A program made the translations under genes and the position numbers. 30,618 nt of DNA from a virus (Duplodnaviria; Heunggongvirae; Uroviricota; Caudoviricetes). Positions 8,619 through 16,339 of the stretch are shown in pieces; position 1 is the first letter of the stretch; each line of letters begins with the position of its first letter. The notes beneath the pieces were generated by a model, which did not search any database, had not been told where the DNA came from, and was given only the letters and a program-made list of their open reading frames with translations. The stretch lies in the IMG/VR virus record IMGVR_UViG_2563366903_000024; one strand, 5' to 3'.

Positions 8619-9713
8619 TTAACTGACACCAGAATCATCATAACCGCGACTTGTTATAGCTTGCCTGTATGCGTTCATTTTGCGTTCTGCGTACTGGACA
8701 ACATCTTTAATGACAAGCTTATGAACAACTGAAATAAGGTCATTTATATAACAAAAGTCAGGTGACTTATTTTTCACTGGCAACCAAATAACATCGTTCT
8801 TAATTTTTCTATTACTAACACTATCCCCCCATGAATATTTATGTGAAATAGACCTATAAATACATGAAATAATGCCCAAATAAGCAAACTTTGTCCTTCC
8901 ATCCTCATTGTTAACATAGAGTCGCAAATTATGACTGTCGTTTGAAAAAAAGTCTCGCTCCTGATAAGTTACAACGAATGTCTTACCACCAATAAAAATA
9001 CAGTTCCCTTTTTCCAAGAGTGAGTCATCATAGGCGATATAAGAACTAACAGAGTTATTATCACGGCTAGCACAAAGATAAGGAACATCCCCACTATTTT
9101 CTATGATGTCTCTAGACAATATGTTTCCTGTATTGCACACTGAGAATAACTCAGTAACAGGAAAGCCTGAAAATTCAATATTTTTAAAATGTTCCAGGAT
9201 AAGATAATCTTTTTCCGTTAGTTGGTAATCACTCAGCCCAGCAGCTATCAGGTATGCTTCCAGCTCTTCTATATGGGCCGCTTCCAGCTCTTCTATATAA
9301 TTATCCATAAAAAACCAGTCAATTTCATTATTTTTCACTGGTAATGAGATGAAATATTCTCCATCTCTGAGTTTGGAACTCGATAACTGTTGACCATAAT
9401 TAAAACGCCCCTTTAAAGCTTTATTAATCATACTGGCAACATACAGTCCGCGCTTTGCATTAAAGTCGGACTTACTTGATTTTAATGTAAGAACATGCAC
9501 CTTCATTTCTACGCTGGCACAATAAGGATGATAAAAAGCATCTCCAAAAAAATTAACGCTTATAAAATTTTCATAATGCCTTGCATCATCCATAAACTCG
9601 GTATCAAACTCTCCGATGATACCGTTTTGATCGCTCTTTGCTGAAACACGTTTGATTTTGCCTGGTTTTAATCTTCCTGAGGAGATAAGCGAGCCTGTGC
9701 TCACATAGAACAA
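8619..9713 (-). CDS. HsdS-like specificity subunit (two target-recognition domains around a helical spacer)
   Basis: 364-aa protein with two-fold internal architecture: each variable half ends in a similar segment (ISLPVKNNEIDWFFMDNYIEELE and IWLPVKNKSPDFCYINDLISVVHKL) followed by a predicted helix. Apparent TTG start with AGGA upstream, 60 nt after the methyltransferase stop. Confidence 0.5.
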   Translation of the reverse strand: MFYVSTGSLISSGRLKPGKIKRVSAKSDQNGIIGEFDTEFMDDARHYENFISVNFFGDAFYHPYCASVEMKVHVLTLKSSKSDFNAKRGLYVASMINKALKGRFNYGQQLSSSKLRDGEYFISLPVKNNEIDWFFMDNYIEELEAAHIEELEAYLIAAGLSDYQLTEKDYLILEHFKNIEFSGFPVTELFSVCNTGNILSRDIIENSGDVPYLCASRDNNSVSSYIAYDDSLLEKGNCIFIGGKTFVVTYQERDFFSNDSHNLRLYVNNEDGRTKFAYLGIISCIYRSISHKYSWGDSVSNRKIKNDVIWLPVKNKSPDFCYINDLISVVHKLVIKDVVQYAERKMNAYRQAITSRGYDDSGVS

Positions 9714-9772
9714 ATCGCCAATCCTGAACTCTCCCCACTCAACGCTTCTTAATTTATCGCTGAGCGGGGAAT

Positions 9773-11734
9773 TTACTTTCCCGCAAAATTGTTTTCACCT
9801 TGTTTTTTCAGTAATTGCGAGACCTCCCATGCAAGGTAATCACCTACCGTCTTTTTGAAATCCTCCAGCGTTGGCCTAGCATCTACTGGCCTGGTCTGAT
9901 TCCAGTCCTCACCACTATCAGGATCGATTGTTCCCTCAAAATATTCATCCTCCGTAAAGATATTAAGGCAACCTTTCCCGAAGTGAACCAGATCCACAAC
10001 CTCCTGATAACGCTCTTTTGCACGATCGGCATCAACAAGATTGTTTCTTGCCTTTTTGCGATTAGAGCGAGCGTAGCCGTCATTGGAAAAGTCGATAAAC
10101 TTAACAGCCTGTTTCGCGTTATGCGGAATTTTTACCTGAAAAACGTAAATGTACGTCTGAACGCTTGATTTACCAATAAACAGATCCGCAGGCATTTTGA
10201 TGCTTGCCAGCAAGGTATTTTCCTTGAGTATTTTTTTGTTGTACTCCGTAGCCTTTCCTGTGCCAGCTGAACTCTGGATAATCACTGCAGCATAGCCTTT
10301 ATCCATCATCGACAGCGCCTTCTGCACGAAAATCATGCCGTTACCTTTAGCTGAATACGGAGGATTGAGAATAAATGCGTCCGCAGGGAATTTTTCTCCT
10401 GTTTTCCCAAATCCATACTTGCCGTCAAAATCGGCCAGCGAGTCTTTATTGAGGATATTCGAGCTACCATCCCCCATCAAAATCATATTCAGGATGGCCA
10501 GCATATAAATACTGGATAACACCTCAAGGCCAAGAAGCTGTTCAGCCTTGATTTGCGCTTCCTTAAGTTGTAGTTCGTTCGGTGAGTGAATATTTTCTCT
10601 GGCGTCAATGAGCATTTCATTCATTGCAGCCACAAGCAATCCCGCAGAACCTGTAGCAAAATCCCACACATAGGAATCTTTGTTTACTCTGGCGAGTCGT
10701 GCCAGCAATGTGGCAACATAAGGTGGTGTCAGAACGACGTCATTGAGCTTGTCCTGCGTAAATCCAAGCCAGCGATACATCTCATTAAACAGTTTGCCCG
10801 TAAAATCGGTGGTCAGTCCAATTTTGTAATACTCCCCAAGATCATCAACAACTTTAACAAACACGCGCTTTAACTGGCTTTCACCGTTGACTGGTTTGTT
10901 AATGTTTTCAGTCCACAGCGTATTTTGCAACGAGCGCAAAATCATTTCTCTTTTTGTTTCAGGAACAGCTTTCAGCCTTAAAAAATTCCTTATTTTCCTG
11001 AAAATAATATCACCATCACGCAAGTCCTCCTCCGTTGAAGAGGTCAGTTCTTTTTTATCCAGCGGTGCTAACTTTCCCGGAATCCCCAACGTTGCAATAA
11101 CGGTAGCCACAACAAGGTAAACACGATCGCTTTCACCAAGCCCCTTTTCATTCTGGTAAATATCGTTATTCAGACGGGAAAGTCGCGTGTCTATCTCTTC
11201 CTCTTTGCTGGCCTTGATTTTTTCCAGTTCTTCGGGAGGAAGATTAAGCAGCTTTATCTTGTTGAGAAATCCATCAACATTTTTGTCAGCAAGGAACGAT
11301 AAGTCGGTGAATTCACCAACCTTCTGTCCGGCTCCTAAATTATTCTTTGATACGTACCACACGCCGATTTCATGATGCAGTTCGCCTGTACCATCATCGC
11401 GCCAGCCGGTCATACCAATAGCAATAATATCAGGGTAATTGGTGAACTGAAGAAGTGCGTTGGCATAATGGACTGCGCCATTCACCGCGTATCCATTAAT
11501 ATTTTTAAAATTCCATTCTTTTCTGGCATCTTTGTTCTCAATAATACCGTTGCTGCCAAGTCTGATAAGCCTGTCCTTGTAGCCTTTATACTCGATGAGA
11601 ACGGGATACTGCTTGCCGTATTTGTCCTTAACAAGGAGTTTTACGTCGGGACGATTACCGCCTGCGCCGCCATTTTTCGAAAAATAAGCGTCCAGTGCGT
11701 TATCGATCTCTCCGTTAAGTGATGCATTCTGCAA
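9773..11734 (-). CDS. N6-adenine DNA methyltransferase with N-terminal PD-(D/E)xK-like region (BcgI-A-like); body ORF currently out of frame with its ATG
   Basis: 653-codon ORF with AdoMet motif (VWDFATGSAGLL) and catalytic NPPY motif (ILNPPYSAKG). N-terminal third has a possible nuclease motif (RPD…x16…EYK). No ATG near its 5' end; the frame is open upstream through the 7-nt repeat tract. Confidence 0.7.
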   Translation of the reverse strand: MQNASLNGEIDNALDAYFSKNGGAGGNRPDVKLLVKDKYGKQYPVLIEYKGYKDRLIRLGSNGIIENKDARKEWNFKNINGYAVNGAVHYANALLQFTNYPDIIAIGMTGWRDDGTGELHHEIGVWYVSKNNLGAGQKVGEFTDLSFLADKNVDGFLNKIKLLNLPPEELEKIKASKEEEIDTRLSRLNNDIYQNEKGLGESDRVYLVVATVIATLGIPGKLAPLDKKELTSSTEEDLRDGDIIFRKIRNFLRLKAVPETKREMILRSLQNTLWTENINKPVNGESQLKRVFVKVVDDLGEYYKIGLTTDFTGKLFNEMYRWLGFTQDKLNDVVLTPPYVATLLARLARVNKDSYVWDFATGSAGLLVAAMNEMLIDARENIHSPNELQLKEAQIKAEQLLGLEVLSSIYMLAILNMILMGDGSSNILNKDSLADFDGKYGFGKTGEKFPADAFILNPPYSAKGNGMIFVQKALSMMDKGYAAVIIQSSAGTGKATEYNKKILKENTLLASIKMPADLFIGKSSVQTYIYVFQVKIPHNAKQAVKFIDFSNDGYARSNRKKARNNLVDADRAKERYQEVVDLVHFGKGCLNIFTEDEYFEGTIDPDSGEDWNQTRPVDARPTLEDFKKTVGDYLAWEVSQLLKKQGENNFAGK

Positions 11735-11802
11735 CTTGTAATCAAGCCTGTAAGATTTAAGCCATGAGTTCGCCAGTTCGGTAATTTCCGGCTCAACAGA
11801 TT

Positions 11803-11931
11803 TTACAGACTTTCTTGATTTACTGCTGGTCGCTGGTCGCTGGTCGCTGGTCGCTGGTCGCTGGTCGCTGGTCGCTGGTCGCTGGTCGCTGGTCGCTGGT
11901 CGCTGGTCGCTGGTCGCTGGTCTGGCAGCAT
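11803..11931 (-). other. Leader ORF from the RM gene's true ATG through the heptanucleotide tract to a premature stop (OFF-phase product)
   Basis: SD AAGGA lies 7 nt upstream of ATG 11931-11929. Translation reads MLPDQ(RPATSDQ)n through the repeats and stops at TAA 11805-11803, in the 0 frame versus +1 for the methyltransferase body. Confidence 0.6.
11825..11922 (-). repeat. Perfect tandem heptanucleotide repeat, 14 copies (GCTGGTC on plus, GACCAGC on coding strand)
   Basis: Counted directly: 98 bp of uninterrupted 7-nt periodicity between the ATG at 11931 and the methyltransferase ORF body. Confidence 0.95.
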
Positions 11932-12105
11932 AAAATCATCCTTTTATGAAAATCAACGTTTTTTGAGCACTCGCACACAAAAAATTACCGCATTGGTTGC
12001 AACGACAACCTGCATTTTGCGGAGCATATGACAAATAAAGTACGGGTGCGTTGAGGATGCCAGACACATCAGAGGTGGCGGGAGATTACTCCCCTGCCTG
12101 GTCTC

Positions 12106-12261
12106 TTACTTCTCAGATTCGTAGTCTACGAAGACAGCGACCTCCGTCTGGCCGGTTCGGATTCGTACCTCGCAGAAGTCTTTCCTCGTTACCAGTGCTA
12201 TCACTACGACGGTAATACAGATGACGATCAGGGCGATTAACATCGCCTTTTGCTGCTTCAT
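12106..12261 (-). CDS. hok: Hok/Gef-family type I toxin (small membrane peptide)
   Basis: Unlisted 51-aa ORF MKQQKAMLIALIVICITVVVIALVTRKDFCEVRIRTGQTEVAVFVDYESEK, very like E. coli Gef/HokC. SD AAGGAG before the ATG. Confidence 0.8.
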   Translation of the reverse strand: MKQQKAMLIALIVICITVVVIALVTRKDFCEVRIRTGQTEVAVFVDYESEK

Positions 12262-12431
12262 AGCCTACTTCTCCTTGCCTTTCGGCACGTAAGAGGCTAA
12301 CCTAAGTTTGTAAGTCATAGATTTGGCCTCAGATTAATGTTAAGCGTCCTGCAAGACGCGTAATGTTAACTGGGGCTTTTCTCTGTCTGCCTTACGGCTG
12401 CATGCCCGAGGCAGACAGCCTCAAGCACCCG

Positions 12432-12464
12432 CAGCTATTCTACAGTAAAAACTCGCGCTTTCAA
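12432..12464 (-). promoter_or_regulatory. Sigma70-like promoter immediately downstream of Q (candidate late promoter pR' or hok promoter)
   Basis: Minus strand TTGAAA (12464-12459), 16-nt spacer, TAGAAT (12442-12437). The -35 overlaps the Q stop codon. A 10-bp inverted repeat (12383-12392 / 12409-12418) follows. Confidence 0.4.
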
Positions 12465-12886
12465 TTTCCCGCACGTCCGGCAAACTGACTGGCCTGTGAT
12501 CCTGATGGTTCACGCTCAACGTACCTGTCCATTTCCAGCTTTACTCCCTGCATGATCAACATCCCCTCAATAATACCTTCTGCTTTTTGCAGTACCCGCC
12601 CGGCCCAGCAATCAGAGCGCCCATGCTTACGGCCCAGTGACATAAGCGTCATCCCGAACACATAATAATCATACAGAAAATCATGCAAATCGCTGTTGTT
12701 GACGTTCAGTTGCGCCATGCAATTGCTGATAATCAGCGCATCGTCATCGGTACACTGAGGCCGTGATTTAACCTTTGACGGGATCAGCCCCTTAAATCCG
12801 GCGGCAATGGGCGACCAGCTCACATCCTCATGATTATTGGCCACCCATGCGCCCCAGCGTTCAAGCACCTGCTGAATATCACGCAT
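12461..12886 (-). CDS. Q: Late-gene antiterminator Q (phage 21 / DLP12 QuuD type)
   Basis: Protein [45 protein letters not shown]… closely resembles E. coli QuuD. Start at ATG 12886 with SD AAGGGGAAAG, overlapping the NinH stop by 8 nt; the longer track ORF start is rejected. Confidence 0.8.
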   Translation of the reverse strand: MRDIQQVLERWGAWVANNHEDVSWSPIAAGFKGLIPSKVKSRPQCTDDDALIISNCMAQLNVNNSDLHDFLYDYYVFGMTLMSLGRKHGRSDCWAGRVLQKAEGIIEGMLIMQGVKLEMDRYVEREPSGSQASQFAGRAGN

Positions 12887-13079
12887 CAGAGTCTTTCCCC
12901 TTATCCCATCCACGGTGAACCATAAGGACACCGTTGACGACGGCGTGCCGTTTGCCTTCTTTATCACCGACATATTTTCTGACCGTAGCACGATTACAGT
13001 TCAGTTTTCGTGAAACTTCAGTCATATTGCCTCGTGCCTGGATAAGCAATTCCGGTATTGTTTGAATTGTGGCGTTCAT
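12879..13079 (-). CDS. ninH: NinH-like DNA-binding protein
   Basis: 66-aa protein [37 protein letters not shown]…[14 protein letters not shown], like lambda NinH. Confidence 0.8.
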   Translation of the reverse strand: MNATIQTIPELLIQARGNMTEVSRKLNCNRATVRKYVGDKEGKRHAVVNGVLMVHRGWDKGKDSDA

Positions 13080-13438
13080 ATGTTCTCCAGTTCGGTGATT
13101 TTTATCCCCACTCTACCGCCAGGCACTTTCACGCCGCGAATTACGCGAATGTCATCGAATTGCTCGTCGTCTTCCGCAAATCCGGCGTGGATAAGAGAGT
13201 CGAGTAAACCTTTCAGGATGTTATCGAGGTCGCGACGGCGGGAATCTGGTGGTTCAGCAATAATTGTGATGCGAAGTCGTGATTTAGTGAAAATGTCTAA
13301 TCTGAGTTGCCGGATGATTTGCTGTACGTCTTTTCGGTATTTCTGGCCTTTATCGCTGATGTAGTACTGGCTTCCCCGTCTTCGCCAGTAGGTATTCACC
13401 GTCGGCGGCCAGGGAAGCACAAACTCATATTCATTCAT
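13076..13438 (-). CDS. rusA: RusA-family Holliday junction resolvase
   Basis: 120-aa protein with RusA hallmarks (LPWPPTVNTYW…, DSRRRDLDNILKGLLDSL). Overlaps neighbours by 4 nt at each end. Confidence 0.85.
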   Translation of the reverse strand: MNEYEFVLPWPPTVNTYWRRRGSQYYISDKGQKYRKDVQQIIRQLRLDIFTKSRLRITIIAEPPDSRRRDLDNILKGLLDSLIHAGFAEDDEQFDDIRVIRGVKVPGGRVGIKITELENI

Positions 13439-13728
13439 GACTTAATCTTCCCCTCCTTCAGCAATATCGCCAGCGTCCTGATCACGCCTTCCAGGTGGTA
13501 AAGTCTGGCGTCGTTGTTGTCGAGAATGCGAGTACGGCGATCGATTTCATTATGGCAGTCACTACAGGCCCATGCAGCCAACAGATCATCTGGCTTTGTT
13601 CCCGTTCCGCAAATTCCAGCCATTCGGTAATGCGCCAGAACTGTAGTTTCAGGGTTGCCATTGCATACGCCATAAATCCGTACCTGGCATTCTCTGCCGC
13701 GCGCTTCTTTGCGTAGGTTTGTCATCAT
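13435..13728 (-). CDS. YbcO-like protein (DUF1364, cysteine-rich putative nuclease)
   Basis: NLRKEARGRECQVRIYGVCNGNPETTVLAHYRMAGICGTGTKPDDL…CSDCHNEIDRR resembles DLP12 YbcO. Start at ATG 13728 with SD GAGGAA. Confidence 0.7.
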   Translation of the reverse strand: MMTNLRKEARGRECQVRIYGVCNGNPETTVLAHYRMAGICGTGTKPDDLLAAWACSDCHNEIDRRTRILDNNDARLYHLEGVIRTLAILLKEGKIKS

Positions 13729-13748
13729 CTTATTCCTCATGCAGTAGG

Positions 13749-13940
13749 CTATCCGGAGTGACAATTAAATCTTGCTCGACGCCTTAGCCACCGGATATCC
13801 CACAGGTGAGCCGTATAGTTGAAGGTTTTAACATCAGATTCTTTGGGGACTGGCCTGGGTTTATTTCGGGAGCGTTTGGTTGGAAGGTAATTGCAGTTTT
13901 CACAGACGATATCGGTGATGCTTCGTCGCTGTCGTCTCAT
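13749..13940 (-). CDS. ninE: NinE-like protein
   Basis: 63-aa [57 protein letters not shown]…, like lambda NinE. Confidence 0.75.
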   Translation of the reverse strand: MRRQRRSITDIVCENCNYLPTKRSRNKPRPVPKESDVKTFNYTAHLWDIRWLRRRARFNCHSG

Positions 13941-14347
13941 TCATACCTCCTGTCGGTAAATCTGACACCCTGATCCACAGCCCAGGAAGTTGTGTACTCA
14001 ATCAGGCTTGCCATACGCTTCACGCTCATTTGCGCACTGCTTTCGCGGATATTGACGTATTCACCTTCAAGACCTGGCAAAACATCAGCTTCCTGTTTTG
14101 TCGCCACGGCATGACCGCTGATTAACAAAACTTTCCACTGTTCTGGTTTTAGCCACCTGCCGCACCACTTAACCTGGCGGGATATATCAGCGACCATCGC
14201 GTGAAATTTTGCATTTTGAGCGAGATTACGCTTGTAATCGGTGATACGGATCGTAACGGGTTTGTCTTTATCGAGAGTTGTTGCAAGGATGGCGTTAATG
14301 GCGAATTGTTGCTGCTGCTTACTTCGGAGGAAGATAGTCTGGTTCAT
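13937..14347 (-). CDS. ninB: NinB / Orf-family recombination protein
   Basis: 136-aa protein with NinB-like core (…[32 protein letters not shown]…). 4-nt overlap with ninE. Confidence 0.7.
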   Translation of the reverse strand: MNQTIFLRSKQQQQFAINAILATTLDKDKPVTIRITDYKRNLAQNAKFHAMVADISRQVKWCGRWLKPEQWKVLLISGHAVATKQEADVLPGLEGEYVNIRESSAQMSVKRMASLIEYTTSWAVDQGVRFTDRRYE

Positions 14348-14401
14348 TATTCCCTCTCACTGGATTTTCCCAACAAAAAAGGAGCCGAAGCTCCTTTGGT
14401 T

Positions 14402-15094
14402 TCAGAATTCAAATTGTCTTGCTCTTAGTTGCGCCAGCATACTTCTGGCCCTGTGCACCGTATAGTTGGCGGGATCAAGTTTTGCTGCTTCGCGGAGCAA
14501 TGTGTCGCGAGTCCGGTTGGTTATATGACGAGTTTCGTAGGCCAGATCAAACAGCTTTCCATAGTAATCAGAGTTCAGTTCTCTCATGACGGGGTATAGC
14601 TGTTTACTGAGTTGTTGTGCTTTTTCCATCCAGAGTTGCATGTAACAAAGGAGGATGATTTCCTCGGCTGTGAATTGTGGCTGAATCTGCGGCTGCTGTT
14701 CGGTTGGTGCTGTTTTTCCCTGGCTGAAATAGCAGTCTTCCAGTTTTTCGAACACTTCCCACGCCTGATCGGTTTCTAGCATTTTGGCGTGACGGGCTGC
14801 GCCTCGTTCTGTCCAGAGGATGAGGGAGCGGGTTTTTGGGGAAATTTGTAACCCTCTTAAAGATGGTTGCAAATTTTGCGACTCGTTTAAAACTAGTCGC
14901 AAATTTCTGAGTTCATCACCAACAGCTTTAAAGAAGTGCTTTCCCTCAATAAACCGAGATTTATTTTCATGGTGATTCTGCTGTATACGGATTGTTTCTG
15001 TTCCATAAAGGCGGGCAAGCAACTCAGTTGTGATTACCGGAATCTGGTTATAGGTAACAGGGGAAAGGTTTTTGACAGAGATTTGAACAGTCAT
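14402..15094 (-). CDS. Antirepressor-like protein (ORF6N/KilA-type N-terminal domain)
   Basis: 230-aa protein whose N-terminus (…VTYNQIPVITTELLARLYGTE…NKSRFIEGKHFF…) fits the ORF6N antirepressor pattern. Confidence 0.55.
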   Translation of the reverse strand: MTVQISVKNLSPVTYNQIPVITTELLARLYGTETIRIQQNHHENKSRFIEGKHFFKAVGDELRNLRLVLNESQNLQPSLRGLQISPKTRSLILWTERGAARHAKMLETDQAWEVFEKLEDCYFSQGKTAPTEQQPQIQPQFTAEEIILLCYMQLWMEKAQQLSKQLYPVMRELNSDYYGKLFDLAYETRHITNRTRDTLLREAAKLDPANYTVHRARSMLAQLRARQFEF

Positions 15095-15261
15095 AACGAC
15101 CTCGCGTTTCGATAATTTTTACCTCACCACCTTCAGGTGCTAATCATCGTGGTGGCGAACTGTGCGGGGTTAGCACTACCGGTCGAAACATCCGGCGAGC
15201 CTTTCGGCTCCCCCACACAGCCCGCCATAAATCGCGAATGTGACTGTGCCTAGCGCATAAA

Positions 15262-15286
15262 AAAACCGCCAGCGCGGTTATGCACC
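15262..15286 (-). terminator. Hairpin plus T-run on the minus strand
   Basis: AACCGC-cag-GCGGTT stem followed on the minus strand by TTTTTTT. Which transcript it ends is unclear. Confidence 0.3.
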
Positions 15287-15411
15287 GTTTCGATATCCGG
15301 GGTGCTAATCCCGACGCCAGATTTTGCTGGCGTGCGAAGAATATAATCCCGGATATGTGTTGTCGTCAACATACCTTGAATGTATATAACAAATTTGTTA
15401 TGTTTACTCTC

Positions 15412-15741
15412 ATGAACTACATTATCGAATACTACAGTGACGAGGTTGAAGCTGAGATCCTTTCTCTTCCTGAGACCTTACAAGCCCGGTACATTCGGTA
15501 CACGGAGAAAATGCGTATTTACGGAGCTAATCTTGGTTCCCCGCATACAGAGGCATTTGGCGACGGTTTGTTTGAAATCCGCCTTAAGGGCTCGGAAGGC
15601 ATAGGGCGTGTTTTTTACTGCACGCTAAAAGGAAAGCGAATCATTATGTTGCATAGCTTTGTAAAGAAAACGCAAAAAACTCCACCTGCCGAGCTTAGAA
15701 AAGCTGAAACCAGAATGAAGGAGGTTAAGCATGACTGGTAA
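15412..15741 (+). CDS. Type II toxin, HigB/RelE-like addiction-module killer family
   Basis: MNYIIEYYSDEVEAEILSLPETLQARYIRYTEKMRIYGANLGSPHTEAFGDGLFEIRLKGSEGIGRVFY…IIMLHSFVKKTQKTPPAELRKAE fits the phage-derived killer-protein family. Toxin-first order and 11-nt overlap with the next gene. Start (15412 vs 15400) uncertain; no clear SD. Confidence 0.65.
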   Translation: MNYIIEYYSDEVEAEILSLPETLQARYIRYTEKMRIYGANLGSPHTEAFGDGLFEIRLKGSEGIGRVFYCTLKGKRIIMLHSFVKKTQKTPPAELRKAETRMKEVKHDW

Positions 15742-16039
15742 ACGTACCCCACCTACCATGACACACGATGAAATGGTAGAAAAAATGTTGTCTAACCCCG
15801 CAGTAAAAGCAGAATACGACGCCATCGCCGACGAGTTCGCACTGCTTGATGAAATGCTGGCAGCACGAAAAGAAGCTGGCTTAACCCAGGCTGAAGTTGC
15901 CGAACGTATGGGAACAAAAGCGACTGCGATCACCAGAATGGAAAGCAATCTTGCATCAGGTACAAGCGGCCCATCATTTGCCACACTGAAAAAATTCGCC
16001 CGTGCTACAGGGAAAAAACTCCAGATCCGCTTCGTTTAA
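15731..16039 (+). CDS. HTH (XRE-like) antitoxin partner, HigA-like
   Basis: 102-aa protein with HTH segment (LTQAEVAERMGTKATAITRME) directly after and overlapping the toxin gene. Confidence 0.65.
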   Translation: MTGKRTPPTMTHDEMVEKMLSNPAVKAEYDAIADEFALLDEMLAARKEAGLTQAEVAERMGTKATAITRMESNLASGTSGPSFATLKKFARATGKKLQIRFV

Positions 16040-16093
16040 CTCTCCACTACCGCGCCGTCATTCTGGCGGCGCTTTACCCCAGAGAAATATCAA

Positions 16094-16339
16094 TCACCGG
16101 ATTACCACATCCCACTCCGGCTCCTGCCATCTCAAATCCGGTGAATCATTTCTCTCAGGAATAACCATTACGTCCTTTTCCCTTCGCTCCCTTTCTATCG
16201 CCATCACAGCCAATGCTGTAACCATGATGTATTTTTGTTCGTCGGTTCCTGTTTCATAACGACGCATGAGGGTAAACTCGGGGCGATCAGTAACCTCAAT
16301 GATTTCGTTAATTTCTTTAATTTCGCGAGGAATATCCAT
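16094..16339 (-). CDS. Hypothetical small acidic protein (81 aa)
   Basis: ATG at 16339 preceded by GGAG. Fills the gap between the TA pair and the zinc-ribbon gene; its start codon overlaps the divergent start of the next gene within CCATGG. Confidence 0.35.
   Translation of the reverse strand: MDIPREIKEINEIIEVTDRPEFTLMRRYETGTDEQKYIMVTALAVMAIERERREKDVMVIPERNDSPDLRWQEPEWDVVIR

Noticed and set aside
8010-8620. tRNA genes, as found between Q and stx in Stx phages
   Set aside because: No T-loop (GGTTCGAATCC-like) or cloverleaf signature found by eye on either strand; only terminator hairpins.
9773-11734. The MTase ORF as a decayed pseudogene
   Set aside because: The body is a 653-codon uninterrupted frame with intact motifs; the only lesion is the reversible repeat-tract frame offset.
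11825-11922. CRISPR array
   Set aside because: 7-nt perfect tandem units with no spacers; this is a simple sequence repeat.
8619-12460. Shiga toxin genes stxA/stxB at the Q-to-lysis cargo locus
   Set aside because: ORFs here encode MTase and specificity-like proteins and a Hok-like peptide; nothing resembles the A or B subunit.
12887-12991. Longer Q start (track ORF 12461..12991, 176 aa)
   Set aside because: It would overlap ninH by over 100 nt; the internal ATG at 12886 has a good SD and matches the N-terminus of QuuD-type Q.
15280-15411. N-terminal extension of the toxin ORF (MHRFDIRGANPD…)
   Set aside because: No SD; family members start near MNYIIEYY. The extension overlaps a promoter-like AT-rich region.
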